Of a stretch of 24,000 nt of DNA, positions 6,531 to 14,797 are shown in pieces. Below the pieces are notes generated by a model that had not been told where the DNA came from, did no database searches, and saw only the letters and a program-made list of their open reading frames with translations. A program made the translations under genes and the position numbers. The stretch covers positions 1 to 24,000 of the forward strand of contig JANXYW010000301.1 of the NCBI GenBank assembly GCA_025355835.1, in the 5' to 3' direction. This DNA comes from Chloroflexota bacterium (GTDB lineage: Bacteria; Chloroflexota; Dehalococcoidia; DSTF01; JACRBR01). Each line of letters begins with the position of its first letter. Within the stretch, counting starts at the first letter, position 1.

Positions 6531-6552
6531 CCCGAGGCACCTCTGCCCCGGG
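6531..6552 (-). terminator. Candidate terminator hairpin downstream of ftsZ (9-bp stem incl. one G-U, GAGG loop, no U-tract)
   Basis: The minus strand reads CCCGGGGCA-GAGG-TGCCTCGGG. It starts ~50 nt after the ftsZ TAA. Confidence 0.35.
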
Positions 6553-6602
6553 CAAATGCTGGCTAGACAGGCTCCTCCTTTCCCTACTCCTCCAGACGTT
6601 CC

Positions 6603-7973
6603 TTAGCGCGCCGCAACGGTGCGGCGCAGAAACGTCGGCAACTCGGTGTCGGTCGGGTCCGGCGCCGCCGCGGCAGCTGCGTGGACCGCTTCCAGAGGCT
6701 GCGGGTCGCTCGGGCGGTCATCGCCCGGCGTCTCGCGCCGGTACATCTCGGGAATCGGGTGCACGGCCACCGGCCGCGCGAAGCCCGTCGCGATGAGCGT
6801 GATCTGCACTTCGTCGCCCATGTTCGGGTCGACGGCTGTGCCGAAGATGATCTCCGCATCAGGGCTGACGACGTCGGCGATGATGCGCGCCGCCGCGTTG
6901 ATCTCGTGCAGCCCCAGGTTCTTGCCGCCGGTGATGTTGTAGAGCACGCCCTTCGCGCCATCGATCGACACTTCCAGCAGCGGGCTGCTGATCGCCATGC
7001 GCGCCGCGTCTTCCGCGCGATTCGGCCCGGTGCCCGTACCGATCGCCATCAGCGCCGGCCCCGCTTCCGACATGATCTTCCGCACGTCCGCGAAGTCGAG
7101 GTTGATGTCGCCCGGCAGCGTGATGATCTCGCTGATGCCGCGGATGCCCTGCAGCAGCACATCGTCCGCCGTGCGGAACGCGTCTTCGATGCTCGCCTTC
7201 TCGTCGCAGATCTCCAGCAGGCGATCGTTCGGGATGACGATGAGCGTGTCGACCTTCTCCTGCAGCCGCTGGATGCCCTCTTCGGCCTGCGCGCGGCGCT
7301 TGGCGCCCTCAAAGCTGAACGGCTTGGTCACGACGCCGATCGTCAGCGCGCCGGCCTCCTTCGCCACCTGAGCGACCATGGGCGCTGCGCCCGTGCCCGT
7401 GCCGCCGCCCATGCCGGCGGTGACGAACACCATCTCGCAGCCGCGTACGGCCTCCAGCAGCTCGTCGCGGCTCTCCTCGGCGGCGCGCAGTCCGCGCGCC
7501 GGGTCGCCGCCGACACCGAGGCCCTTCGTCAGCTTGTCGCCGACGCGGATCTTCACCTCGGCCGCCGAGTGCTGCAGCGCCTGCGCGTCTGTGTTGACCG
7601 CGACGAACTGCACGCCGGGGATCCGCTCCGCGATCATCCGGTTGACCGCGTTGCAGCCCCCTCCTCCAACTCCTACGACTTTGATTGGCGGCAGTCCGTC
7701 TGTGTATGTCTTGCTCATCGCCGACTCCCTTCGCTCCGTCTCTTGCTGCAGCTCGCGTACCTCTTCTTCGAACATCGCCACCTGCGTGTAGTGCGGACGT
7801 CCGTCGTCGCCGATCGTGTGTCGTCGCGCCTGCGCTTGCGGCTGTCGCGCCGGTTGCGTCGTCGGAGGCGGCGCTTCCGCCTGCCGAGGCGGTTCCATCG
7901 CCGGAGGCGGCGCTTCCGCGGGTTCATACATGAACCCGCCGCCCGTCATCATGTCGTCGCCAAATCCCGCCAT
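6603..7973 (-). CDS. ftsZ: Cell division GTPase FtsZ. The long form is 456 aa from ATG 7973; the canonical-length form is 371 aa from ATG 7718.
   Basis: [17 protein letters not shown], tubulin signature [12 protein letters not shown], and C-terminal FtsA-binding-type peptide [13 protein letters not shown] 7973 has AAGGAGG 4 nt upstream. ATG 7718 has GAAGGGAG 6 nt upstream and gives the usual ~11 residues before IKVVG. Confidence 0.95.
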   Translation of the reverse strand: MAGFGDDMMTGGGFMYEPAEAPPPAMEPPRQAEAPPPTTQPARQPQAQARRHTIGDDGRPHYTQVAMFEEEVRELQQETERRESAMSKTYTDGLPPIKVVGVGGGGCNAVNRMIAERIPGVQFVAVNTDAQALQHSAAEVKIRVGDKLTKGLGVGGDPARGLRAAEESRDELLEAVRGCEMVFVTAGMGGGTGTGAAPMVAQVAKEAGALTIGVVTKPFSFEGAKRRAQAEEGIQRLQEKVDTLIVIPNDRLLEICDEKASIEDAFRTADDVLLQGIRGISEIITLPGDINLDFADVRKIMSEAGPALMAIGTGTGPNRAEDAARMAISSPLLEVSIDGAKGVLYNITGGKNLGLHEINAAARIIADVVSPDAEIIFGTAVDPNMGDEVQITLIATGFARPVAVHPIPEMYRRETPGDDRPSDPQPLEAVHAAAAAAPDPTDTELPTFLRRTVAAR

Positions 7974-7994
7974 CCTGCCTCCTTGCGCTGCGTT

Positions 7995-8029
7995 TCGGTC
8001 GTCGGTCGTCGGTCGTCGGTCGTCGGTCC
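7995..8029. repeat. 7-bp microsatellite, about five copies (plus TCGGTCG; minus CGACCGA) in the ftsA-ftsZ spacer
   Basis: tcggtcg x4 followed by tcggtcc, read directly. It ends ~15 nt upstream of the AAGGAGG preceding ATG 7973. Confidence 0.9.
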
Positions 8030-8051
8030 GCCATCAACCAATCACCAGCCA

Positions 8052-9296
8052 CTACTCCGGCAGCAATACGCGCGCCCAGTTGCCCAGCCGCCGCCACACG
8101 CCGCTCAGATCGAGCGACGCTTTCGGCGTCCGGTGCCACGCGCTCGCCTCCGCCTCGTTCACGGCCCACTGCAGCAGCCCGACGCTCGTCGCGTACGCCG
8201 GATCGATCAGCAGGTCCGTCAGCCCGTGCAGGTTCCGCGGCATGCCGACGCGCGCCGGCCACCCCGTCACCTGCTCCGCCAGCAGATCGATGCCCTGAAG
8301 CTTCGCCCCGCCGCCCGTGATCACGATGCCGGCCGAGATCACGTCGTCGTGTACGGCGCGCTTCACCTCGGCGGTCACCATCTCCAGAATCTCTTCGTTG
8401 CGCGCCTGCACAATCTCGCACAGCCGCCGCCGCAGCTCCGTCTTCGAGCCCTCGGAACCGAACGCTTCGAGCGTGATCTCTTCGCGCGCGTCCACCATGC
8501 TGGGGATCGCGTGGCCCCACTTCCGCTTCGCTTCCTCCGCCGCTTGAAACGGCGCGCGAAGCCCTACGACGATGTCGCGCGTCACGTGGTTGCCGCCGAC
8601 CGGCAGCACCGCCGTGTGGTATACGCTGCCCTCAAGGAACAGCGCGATATCCGTCGTGCCGCCGCCGATATCGACCAGCACGACGCCCTGCTCCTTCTCC
8701 TCCTGATCCAGCACGGCCTCAGCGCTTGCCAGCGGCTCCAGGATCAGCCCGTCGACTTGCACGCCGACGTTCTCGACGCACTTCGTCAGGTTCTGGATGC
8801 TGCTGTCGACGCCGGTGACGATGTGCGTCTCGACGTCCAGCCGCGTGCCGTACATGCCGACCGGGTCGGAGATGTGATCCTGCCCGTCGACGACGTAGTA
8901 GCGCGGGATGACGTGAATGATTTCGCGATTCGTGGGAATGCTCACGACACGCGCGCCGTCCAGCACGCGCGTCACATCATCAGGACTGATCGGCCGCGTC
9001 CGATCAGGAATCGCGATGATGCCGCGGTTGTTCAAGCACGCGATGTGCTGCCCCGCGACCCCGACGTGCGCCGACAGGATGCGCGTCCCGCTCGACTTCT
9101 CCGCCTTGTCGATCGATGTCTTGATCGCCTCCGTCGCGTCACGGATGTTCTCCACCATGCCGCGCGAAAGCCCCTCCGAGGGCGCGATGCCCACGCCGAG
9201 GATCCGCATATCGTTCTCGGCCGCCATCTCACCGACGACGGTGCAGATCTTCGTCGTGCCAATGTCTATCGAAGCGAATGTTCCGCCGCGGGTCAT
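8052..9296 (-). CDS. ftsA: Cell division protein FtsA (414 aa)
   Basis: Actin-fold motifs SIDIGTTKICTVVGE and VLVDIGGGTTDIALF. C-terminal amphipathic segment SGVWRRLGNWARVLL. GGGGAGG lies 5 nt upstream of the ATG. Confidence 0.95.
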   Translation of the reverse strand: MTRGGTFASIDIGTTKICTVVGEMAAENDMRILGVGIAPSEGLSRGMVENIRDATEAIKTSIDKAEKSSGTRILSAHVGVAGQHIACLNNRGIIAIPDRTRPISPDDVTRVLDGARVVSIPTNREIIHVIPRYYVVDGQDHISDPVGMYGTRLDVETHIVTGVDSSIQNLTKCVENVGVQVDGLILEPLASAEAVLDQEEKEQGVVLVDIGGGTTDIALFLEGSVYHTAVLPVGGNHVTRDIVVGLRAPFQAAEEAKRKWGHAIPSMVDAREEITLEAFGSEGSKTELRRRLCEIVQARNEEILEMVTAEVKRAVHDDVISAGIVITGGGAKLQGIDLLAEQVTGWPARVGMPRNLHGLTDLLIDPAYATSVGLLQWAVNEAEASAWHRTPKASLDLSGVWRRLGNWARVLLPE

Positions 9297-9354
9297 AGCT
9301 GCCTCCCCACTCGTTGCCGGTTCGTCTGTCGCGGGTGCATAGACCCTCCCTTAC

Positions 9355-10218
9355 TCACTGGAACGTCAGTCTGTCGCCGAAGCGTAGGTCCACTACATGC
9401 AGGGCCAGATCGGACTGCGCCGCCTGCTCGATCAGCACGTACAGCGCCGCGATTTTGTAGTCGTAGTCGCGCGAGTCGCCGAACGTCACCCACAGCGCCT
9501 GGTCGCTGGTGTCGGAACCCGACAACACCGCCGTCAGGCCGGAGTTCTGCTTGTACACCAGCGACAGCACCGTGCGTCCGAACGCCGTCTTCGATTCGCG
9601 CAAAAGCCGCGCCGCGAGCTGCACCGCTCCCGGATCGAGCCGGTCGCCTGTGTTGATCACGCGCTGCGGTTCAATCTCGACGATCACGGGCGCGCCGTCC
9701 GGGGCGGGCGCGCCGTCGAGCACGGTGCCGTCGATGTCGATCGGCACGTTGATGCCGTTGATCTGCCACGAACCCCACGCAACGCGCTCCTCGATGTCGA
9801 TCAAGACGGCGTTCCAGCTTTGCTTCGTCACGGAGACGCTGCGCACCTTCGGCAGGGCCGCGATGCGTGTGCGCGCGCCGTCGACATCCAGCGCGAACGT
9901 GCTGTGCCCGTCGAGAGCGGCGGCGGCGCGCACCTGCTCCGGCGTCAGCGTCACCGTGCCGTTCACCGTCACCGTCCGCACCGTTAGCCACGGCGAGTGA
10001 TACGCCCACCAGCCGCCCGCAACGATCGCCGAGAGCATCGCCGCGAGGACGATCAGCCGCGCCTGCATCGGCGTCATGAACGGCCGCGGCACCGGCTTCT
10101 CGCGCCGCTGCACGCCGTGCTGCTCCGGCTCGCGCGTCTTGATCACGCGGCGCCCGCGGCTCGGCTTCGCCGCTCGATATGGCCACTTGCCCGGTGTGCG
10201 CGCGTCAGGCATGCGCAC
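9355..10218 (-). CDS. ftsQ: Cell division protein FtsQ/DivIB (287 aa; alternative ATG at 10212)
   Basis: Basic cytoplasmic N-terminus, TM segment LIVLAAMLSAIVAGGWWAY, then a POTRA-like VRTVTVNGTVTLTPEQVRAAA. Conserved position between ddl and ftsA. The start overlaps the ddl stop. Confidence 0.85.
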   Translation of the reverse strand: MRMPDARTPGKWPYRAAKPSRGRRVIKTREPEQHGVQRREKPVPRPFMTPMQARLIVLAAMLSAIVAGGWWAYHSPWLTVRTVTVNGTVTLTPEQVRAAAALDGHSTFALDVDGARTRIAALPKVRSVSVTKQSWNAVLIDIEERVAWGSWQINGINVPIDIDGTVLDGAPAPDGAPVIVEIEPQRVINTGDRLDPGAVQLAARLLRESKTAFGRTVLSLVYKQNSGLTAVLSGSDTSDQALWVTFGDSRDYDYKIAALYVLIEQAAQSDLALHVVDLRFGDRLTFQ

Positions 10219-11299
10219 GCCCGTTCGCCATGTGCCCGCGCGACCGCATGCGTGCGAAGCGCTCGATCGCCAGATCGACGATGCGGCTGATCAAGTCGCG
10301 ATACGCGACGCCGGCTTTCGCCCACAGCAGCGGAAACATGCTGACCGGCCGGAAGCCGGGCAGTGTGTTGATCTCGTTGACCAGCAGCTTGCCCTCTGGC
10401 GTCAGGAAGAAATCGACGCGCGCGAACCCCGCGCCGTCGATCGCCTGAAACGCCCGCACGGCGTCGCGCTGCAGCTGCGCCGCCACGCCGTCCGGCAGCT
10501 CCGCCGGCGCGACGAGGCTCGCGCTGTCGTCCAGATACTTCGCGTTGTAGTCGTAGAACTCGCCGCTCGCGACGATCTCGCCGATCGGCGACGTCTGCGC
10601 GTCGTCGTTGCCCAGGACGCCGCACTCGACTTCGCGCACGTCGATGGCCTCTTCGACCAAGACTTTGCGGTCCAGCTCGAACGCCGCTCGCATCGCGTCG
10701 CCGAGGTCCTCGCGCGAACGTACTTTGCTGACGCCGACGCTGCTGCCGCCGTTCGACGGCTTGACGAACGCCGGGTACCCCAACGTCGTCTCGATGTCGC
10801 GCGTCGCAGCGTCGCGGCCGTCCGCCCACTGGCGTTCGAAGAGCGTGATGCCGCGCGTGACGTTGAGGCCCGCGCGCACGAACAGCTCCTTCTGGAGCGC
10901 CTTGTCCATGCCGATCGCACTCGCCGCGACGCCACAACCCGCGTATGGGATGCCGAACATCTCCAGCATCCCTTGCAGCGTGCCGTCCTCGCCGTTGACG
11001 CCGTGCACCAGCGGAAACACCGCATCGACCCGCCGCAGCGCGTCCAGCACGTCGCTGCGCTCCAGTAGCGGCGGCACGTCGGCCTCCATCCGCTTCTGAA
11101 ACGGCGCGTCGGTGCGATCGAGTTGCGCCTGCGTCTCGGCGGGCGTCAGCCATCGGCCGCCGCGCGTCACGCCGAATGGCACCGTCTCGAAGCGCGCGGG
11201 ATCCGCGGCTTGCAGCATCTCCATCGCCGAGACGACCGACACTTCGTGCTCGACCGACTGGCCGCCAAAGACGACGCCAAGGCGCAGCTTCGATGTCAT
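10205..11299 (-). CDS. ddl: D-alanine--D-alanine ligase (364 aa)
   Basis: LGVVFGGQSVEHEVS, GEDGTLQGMLE, KPSNGGSSVGVSKV, NEINTLPGF. ATG 11299 overlaps the murB TGA (ATGA). The 748-aa ORF-track form is an upstream read-through artefact. Confidence 0.95.
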   Translation of the reverse strand: MTSKLRLGVVFGGQSVEHEVSVVSAMEMLQAADPARFETVPFGVTRGGRWLTPAETQAQLDRTDAPFQKRMEADVPPLLERSDVLDALRRVDAVFPLVHGVNGEDGTLQGMLEMFGIPYAGCGVAASAIGMDKALQKELFVRAGLNVTRGITLFERQWADGRDAATRDIETTLGYPAFVKPSNGGSSVGVSKVRSREDLGDAMRAAFELDRKVLVEEAIDVREVECGVLGNDDAQTSPIGEIVASGEFYDYNAKYLDDSASLVAPAELPDGVAAQLQRDAVRAFQAIDGAGFARVDFFLTPEGKLLVNEINTLPGFRPVSMFPLLWAKAGVAYRDLISRIVDLAIERFARMRSRGHMANGRAHA

Positions 11300-12321
11300 G
11301 CGAAGCCCTCCCCGACCAGCTCGACTTCGGTCTCCAGCTCGATGCCGAACTGCTCTTTCACGCGCCGCTGCGCCTCGTGCATCAGCGCCGCCACGTCGAC
11401 CGCCTTCGCAGATCCCAGGTTCTCGATGAAGTTCGGGTGCTTTTCGGACAGCCTCGCGTCGCCGATCCGCCGGCCACGCAGTCCCGCGGCGTCGATCAGG
11501 CGCCACGCGTTGTCGCCGGCTGGATTCTTGAAGGTGCTGCCGGAGTTGCGCCCGCGCGGCTGCGCCGAAAGTCTCCGCGCGTCCAGCTCGGCGATGCGCC
11601 GCATCAGCGTCCCGCTCACACCCTTCGTCACGGCGATCTCTACCGACAGCACGACGCATCCCGCGCACTCGCCGCGCAGAATCGCGCTCGATCGATACGC
11701 GAGCTTCATCTCGGCGGCGGGCAGGTAACGCTCCGCGTTCTTCCTGTCCAGAACCGTCACAGCGAGCAGCACATCCGCCAGGCAGCGTTCGTACGCCCCG
11801 GCGTTGTAGACGACCGCGCCACCCATTGTGCCGGGGATGCCCGCCGCCCACTCGATGCCGCTGTACCCGTCGCGCGCCAGCTGCCTCGCCAGCGACGCGA
11901 ACGGCACGCCCGACTCCGCCCACACGACGGCGTCGCCCTCGCGCGCTTTGCCAAACGCGGTTGGCAGCGTCACGCGGCTCTTCGGATCGATGTGCAGCGG
12001 CTCCACGCGCGTGGCTTTTGCCTGGTTGTCGATGACGACGCCGCGGATGCCCGCATCGCCGACCAGAATGTTGCTGCCTGCACCGAGAATGAGGACGGGC
12101 TCGCCAGATGCGCGCGCCGCCGTGACCGCGCGCGCCAGCTCGTCGGCGTTCCGCACCGTCACGAACACGTCCGCAGGCCCGCCGATGCCGAACGTCGTGT
12201 GACGCGACAAGACTTCGCCCGTCTTCACCGGCGCAATCGCCCGCAACTGCTCGATCAATCGGTTGTCCATAACCTCCGCGCGTTTCCGTTCGCGCACTGC
12301 GTCCTGCATCACCAGCGTCAT
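11296..12321 (-). CDS. murB: UDP-N-acetylenolpyruvoylglucosamine reductase MurB (341 aa from 12321; ATG alternatives at M5 and M18)
   Basis: HTTFGIGGPADVFV, LILGAGSNILV, GSTFKNP. ATG 12321 overlaps the murC TGA (ATGA). Confidence 0.93.
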   Translation of the reverse strand: MTLVMQDAVRERKRAEVMDNRLIEQLRAIAPVKTGEVLSRHTTFGIGGPADVFVTVRNADELARAVTAARASGEPVLILGAGSNILVGDAGIRGVVIDNQAKATRVEPLHIDPKSRVTLPTAFGKAREGDAVVWAESGVPFASLARQLARDGYSGIEWAAGIPGTMGGAVVYNAGAYERCLADVLLAVTVLDRKNAERYLPAAEMKLAYRSSAILRGECAGCVVLSVEIAVTKGVSGTLMRRIAELDARRLSAQPRGRNSGSTFKNPAGDNAWRLIDAAGLRGRRIGDARLSEKHPNFIENLGSAKAVDVAALMHEAQRRVKEQFGIELETEVELVGEGFA

Positions 12322-13703
12322 CGCCTCCGGAGTCGCTCCAAGACCATCGGCCCCACGCTGTCCACATCGCCTGCGCCGACCGTGAAGAACACATCGCCGT
12401 CACGAAGATCCGCGGCGATACCATCCGCGGCGTCGTCGAACGCATCGACATACACCGCCCGAGGCGATGTCACCACTGCCGCAAGGTCCGCGCCGCTCAG
12501 CCCCGCGCTCTCGTTCTCGCGCGCCGCGTACGTGTGCGTGATAAACAGCGCGTCAGCGCCCTCGAAGCACGTCTTCCATTCGTCGAACAAGTACGCCGTG
12601 CGCGTAAACGTGTGCGGCTGGAACAACAGCACGATGCGCCGACCGGGGAAGCGTTCGCGCGCCGCTGCAATCGTGCCGACGCGCACCTCGGTCGGATGGT
12701 GCGCGTAGTCGTCCATCACGGTCACGCCCGCCGCATCGCCGACGTACTCGAACCGCCGCTGCGCGCCCCGATACGACGCCAGCGCCGCCTGCATCACGCC
12801 CGTCGCGATGCCGATCGTGCTGCCTGCGGCGATGCCCGCCAGCGCGTTGCTGACGTTGTGGCGCCCCGGCAGCGAAATCGTGAACGAACCGAACGGCCGG
12901 CCGTCGCGGCCCACGTCGAAGCTCTGTCCGCTCTCGTGCTGCGTGACCCCGCTGGCGCGCCAGTCCGCCGGGCCGTCGATGCCATACGTCTGCACGTCGC
13001 GCGCTTCGATGCCGCCTGCGGCGACGGTCTGCCGCACGCGCGCGCTGTCGACGCAGGCGATCACGTGCCCATCGATCGGCGCGCTCGCCATGAACTGCGC
13101 GAACGCCGCCGTCATCTCCTCGACGGTGCCGTAGATGTCCAGATGATCCGGCTCGATGTTCGTGACCACCGCCACGTCCGGCGTGTAGCTCAAAAACGCG
13201 CGGTCGTACTCGTCCGCCTCAACAACGATGTATTTGCCATCGCCCGGCGCCGCGTTGCTGCCCAGGCTGCGCACTTCACCACCGATCAAATACGTGGGAT
13301 CGAGTTTCGCCTCCACGAGCATGTGCGCGATGAGGCCGCTCGTCGTCGTCTTCCCATGCGTGCCCGCCACGGCGATGCTGAAGCGCCCTTCCATCAGCCG
13401 CGCCACCATCTCGGCGCGCTTGATCGCTGGTATGCCGCGTGCCTGCGCCTCCGCAATCTCCGGATTGTCATCGTGCGCCGCCGACGTAAACACAACCAGC
13501 TCTGCGTCGCCGACGTTCTCCGCCGCATGCCCGATCGCGACGCGCACGCCCAGCGCGACGAGCTTCTCCGTCATCGCGCTCGCGCGTTGGTCGGAGCCCG
13601 TGACGCGATGCCCCCACGCGTGCAAGATCTGCGCGATCGCTGACATGTGCGCGCCGCCAATGCCGACCAGGTGTACGCGCTCGGGCACGTTGGTTGCCTT
13701 CAC
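12318..13703 (-). CDS. murC: UDP-N-acetylmuramate--L-alanine ligase MurC (461 aa, GTG start)
   Basis: VHLVGIGGAHMSAIAQIL and AVAGTHGKTTTS. GTG 13703 overlaps the murG TGA (GTGA), with GGAGG 7 nt upstream. The longer ORF-track N-terminus lies inside murG. Confidence 0.93.
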   Translation of the reverse strand: MKATNVPERVHLVGIGGAHMSAIAQILHAWGHRVTGSDQRASAMTEKLVALGVRVAIGHAAENVGDAELVVFTSAAHDDNPEIAEAQARGIPAIKRAEMVARLMEGRFSIAVAGTHGKTTTSGLIAHMLVEAKLDPTYLIGGEVRSLGSNAAPGDGKYIVVEADEYDRAFLSYTPDVAVVTNIEPDHLDIYGTVEEMTAAFAQFMASAPIDGHVIACVDSARVRQTVAAGGIEARDVQTYGIDGPADWRASGVTQHESGQSFDVGRDGRPFGSFTISLPGRHNVSNALAGIAAGSTIGIATGVMQAALASYRGAQRRFEYVGDAAGVTVMDDYAHHPTEVRVGTIAAARERFPGRRIVLLFQPHTFTRTAYLFDEWKTCFEGADALFITHTYAARENESAGLSGADLAAVVTSPRAVYVDAFDDAADGIAADLRDGDVFFTVGAGDVDSVGPMVLERLRRR

Positions 13704-14797
13704 GCTGCCGCCTCCATCAATACGTGCGCGAGGTCGCGCGCTGCATCGGGCCGTGCGAGTCGCTTCGCCGCCGCGCGCATGCTCGCCAGCCGTGCATCGT
13801 CCGCAAGCAGATCGAGCACCGTCGCCGCCAGTCGATCGAGTTCGCTGTTGCGCAGCATCACCGCCGCGCCCTCGGCTTGCAGGAACTTCGCGTTCGGCGC
13901 CTGCGACCATCCTTCGTACTCGCCCGGCACCAGCACGCCGGGCGTACCCGCTGCCGGCAGCTCGCCCAGCGTCGATGCGCCGGAGCGCGCCACCACCACA
14001 TCGGCCGCGATCAGGGCCGCCGGCATCTCGTCGAGGTAGCCGCGCACGTGGTAACGCGCCTGCTGCTCCGCCGTCAGCCGCGCGCGTTGCCCGTTCGCTG
14101 ATGCTTCATCCGCAGCGCCGGTCACGTGCAGCACGTCGCATCGTTCGAGCAGTTGCGGCAGCGCCGCCCAGATCGCGTCGTTGATCTTGCGCGCACCGAG
14201 GCTGCCTGCCGTCACCAGCAGCACCTTGCCGTCGAGCGGCAGTCCGAGCCGCGTGCGCGACGCCGCGCGATCGAGCGTCCAGAACTCGTCGCGCACCGGG
14301 TACCCGACGACGGCCGTCTTCTTCGCCGGCAAGTACGTCAGAGCGCGGTCAGATGTCGTCGTCATCTTTGTCGCCAAGCGCGACAGCAACCGCACCGCCC
14401 AACCCGGCGTCACGTCGGGCAGGTACACAACCAGCGGCCGTCGCAGCAGTCGCGCCGCGACTCCCACAGGCACGCTTGCGTAGCCGCCCGTCGCGAACAC
14501 GGCGTTCGGCTTGAAGCGCAGCATGATCCACGTCGATTGCGCGACGCCCCACGCCAACCGCAGCGCGTTGCCAGCGAACGTGAGCGGCGACGACACGCGC
14601 AGCGCGCCCGCCGAGATCGCGCGGAACGCGATCCCCTCCGCCGGCACGATCGTCTCGTCGACGCGGCCGCGGATGCCGATGTACAGCATCTCGACCGTGC
14701 CGCCCGCCGAAGCAACTTCGGTCTCGAGCGCGCGAGCGACGCAGAGGCTCGGGTACACGTGACCGCCGGTGCCGCCGCCCGCGAGTATCACCCTCAC
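13700..14797 (-). CDS. murG: Undecaprenyldiphospho-muramoylpentapeptide beta-N-acetylglucosaminyltransferase MurG (365 aa from GTG 14797; alternative GTG 14833)
   Basis: ILAGGGTGGHVYP near the N-terminus. GTG 14797 overlaps the ftsW TGA (GTGA), with GGGAG 4 nt upstream. Confidence 0.93.
   Translation of the reverse strand: MRVILAGGGTGGHVYPSLCVARALETEVASAGGTVEMLYIGIRGRVDETIVPAEGIAFRAISAGALRVSSPLTFAGNALRLAWGVAQSTWIMLRFKPNAVFATGGYASVPVGVAARLLRRPLVVYLPDVTPGWAVRLLSRLATKMTTTSDRALTYLPAKKTAVVGYPVRDEFWTLDRAASRTRLGLPLDGKVLLVTAGSLGARKINDAIWAALPQLLERCDVLHVTGAADEASANGQRARLTAEQQARYHVRGYLDEMPAALIAADVVVARSGASTLGELPAAGTPGVLVPGEYEGWSQAPNAKFLQAEGAAVMLRNSELDRLAATVLDLLADDARLASMRAAAKRLARPDAARDLAHVLMEAAA

Noticed and set aside
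6372-6602. The reading frame stays open for ~76 codons after the ftsZ TAA stop, suggesting stop-codon read-through
   Set aside because: There is no read-through context or conserved-looking peptide. An open frame of that length is not surprising in GC-rich DNA.
540-8029. Possible CRISPR array or mobile-element repeats (AAKK codon repeats at 540-815; heptamer repeats at 7995-8029)
   Set aside because: The repeat units are 7 or 15-18 nt with no spacers. No cas, transposase or integrase genes and no terminal inverted repeats occur anywhere in the window.
6681-9656. 991-aa plus-strand ORF, and similar long ORFs at 1210..3093, 10076..11068, 11176..12708, 12534..13643, 14126..15013, 16101..17033, 17918..18664 and 19875..21803
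   Set aside because: All lie antisense to genes with unmistakable conserved motifs. Their products are Arg/Ala/His-rich low-information sequences typical of shadow ORFs in GC-rich DNA.
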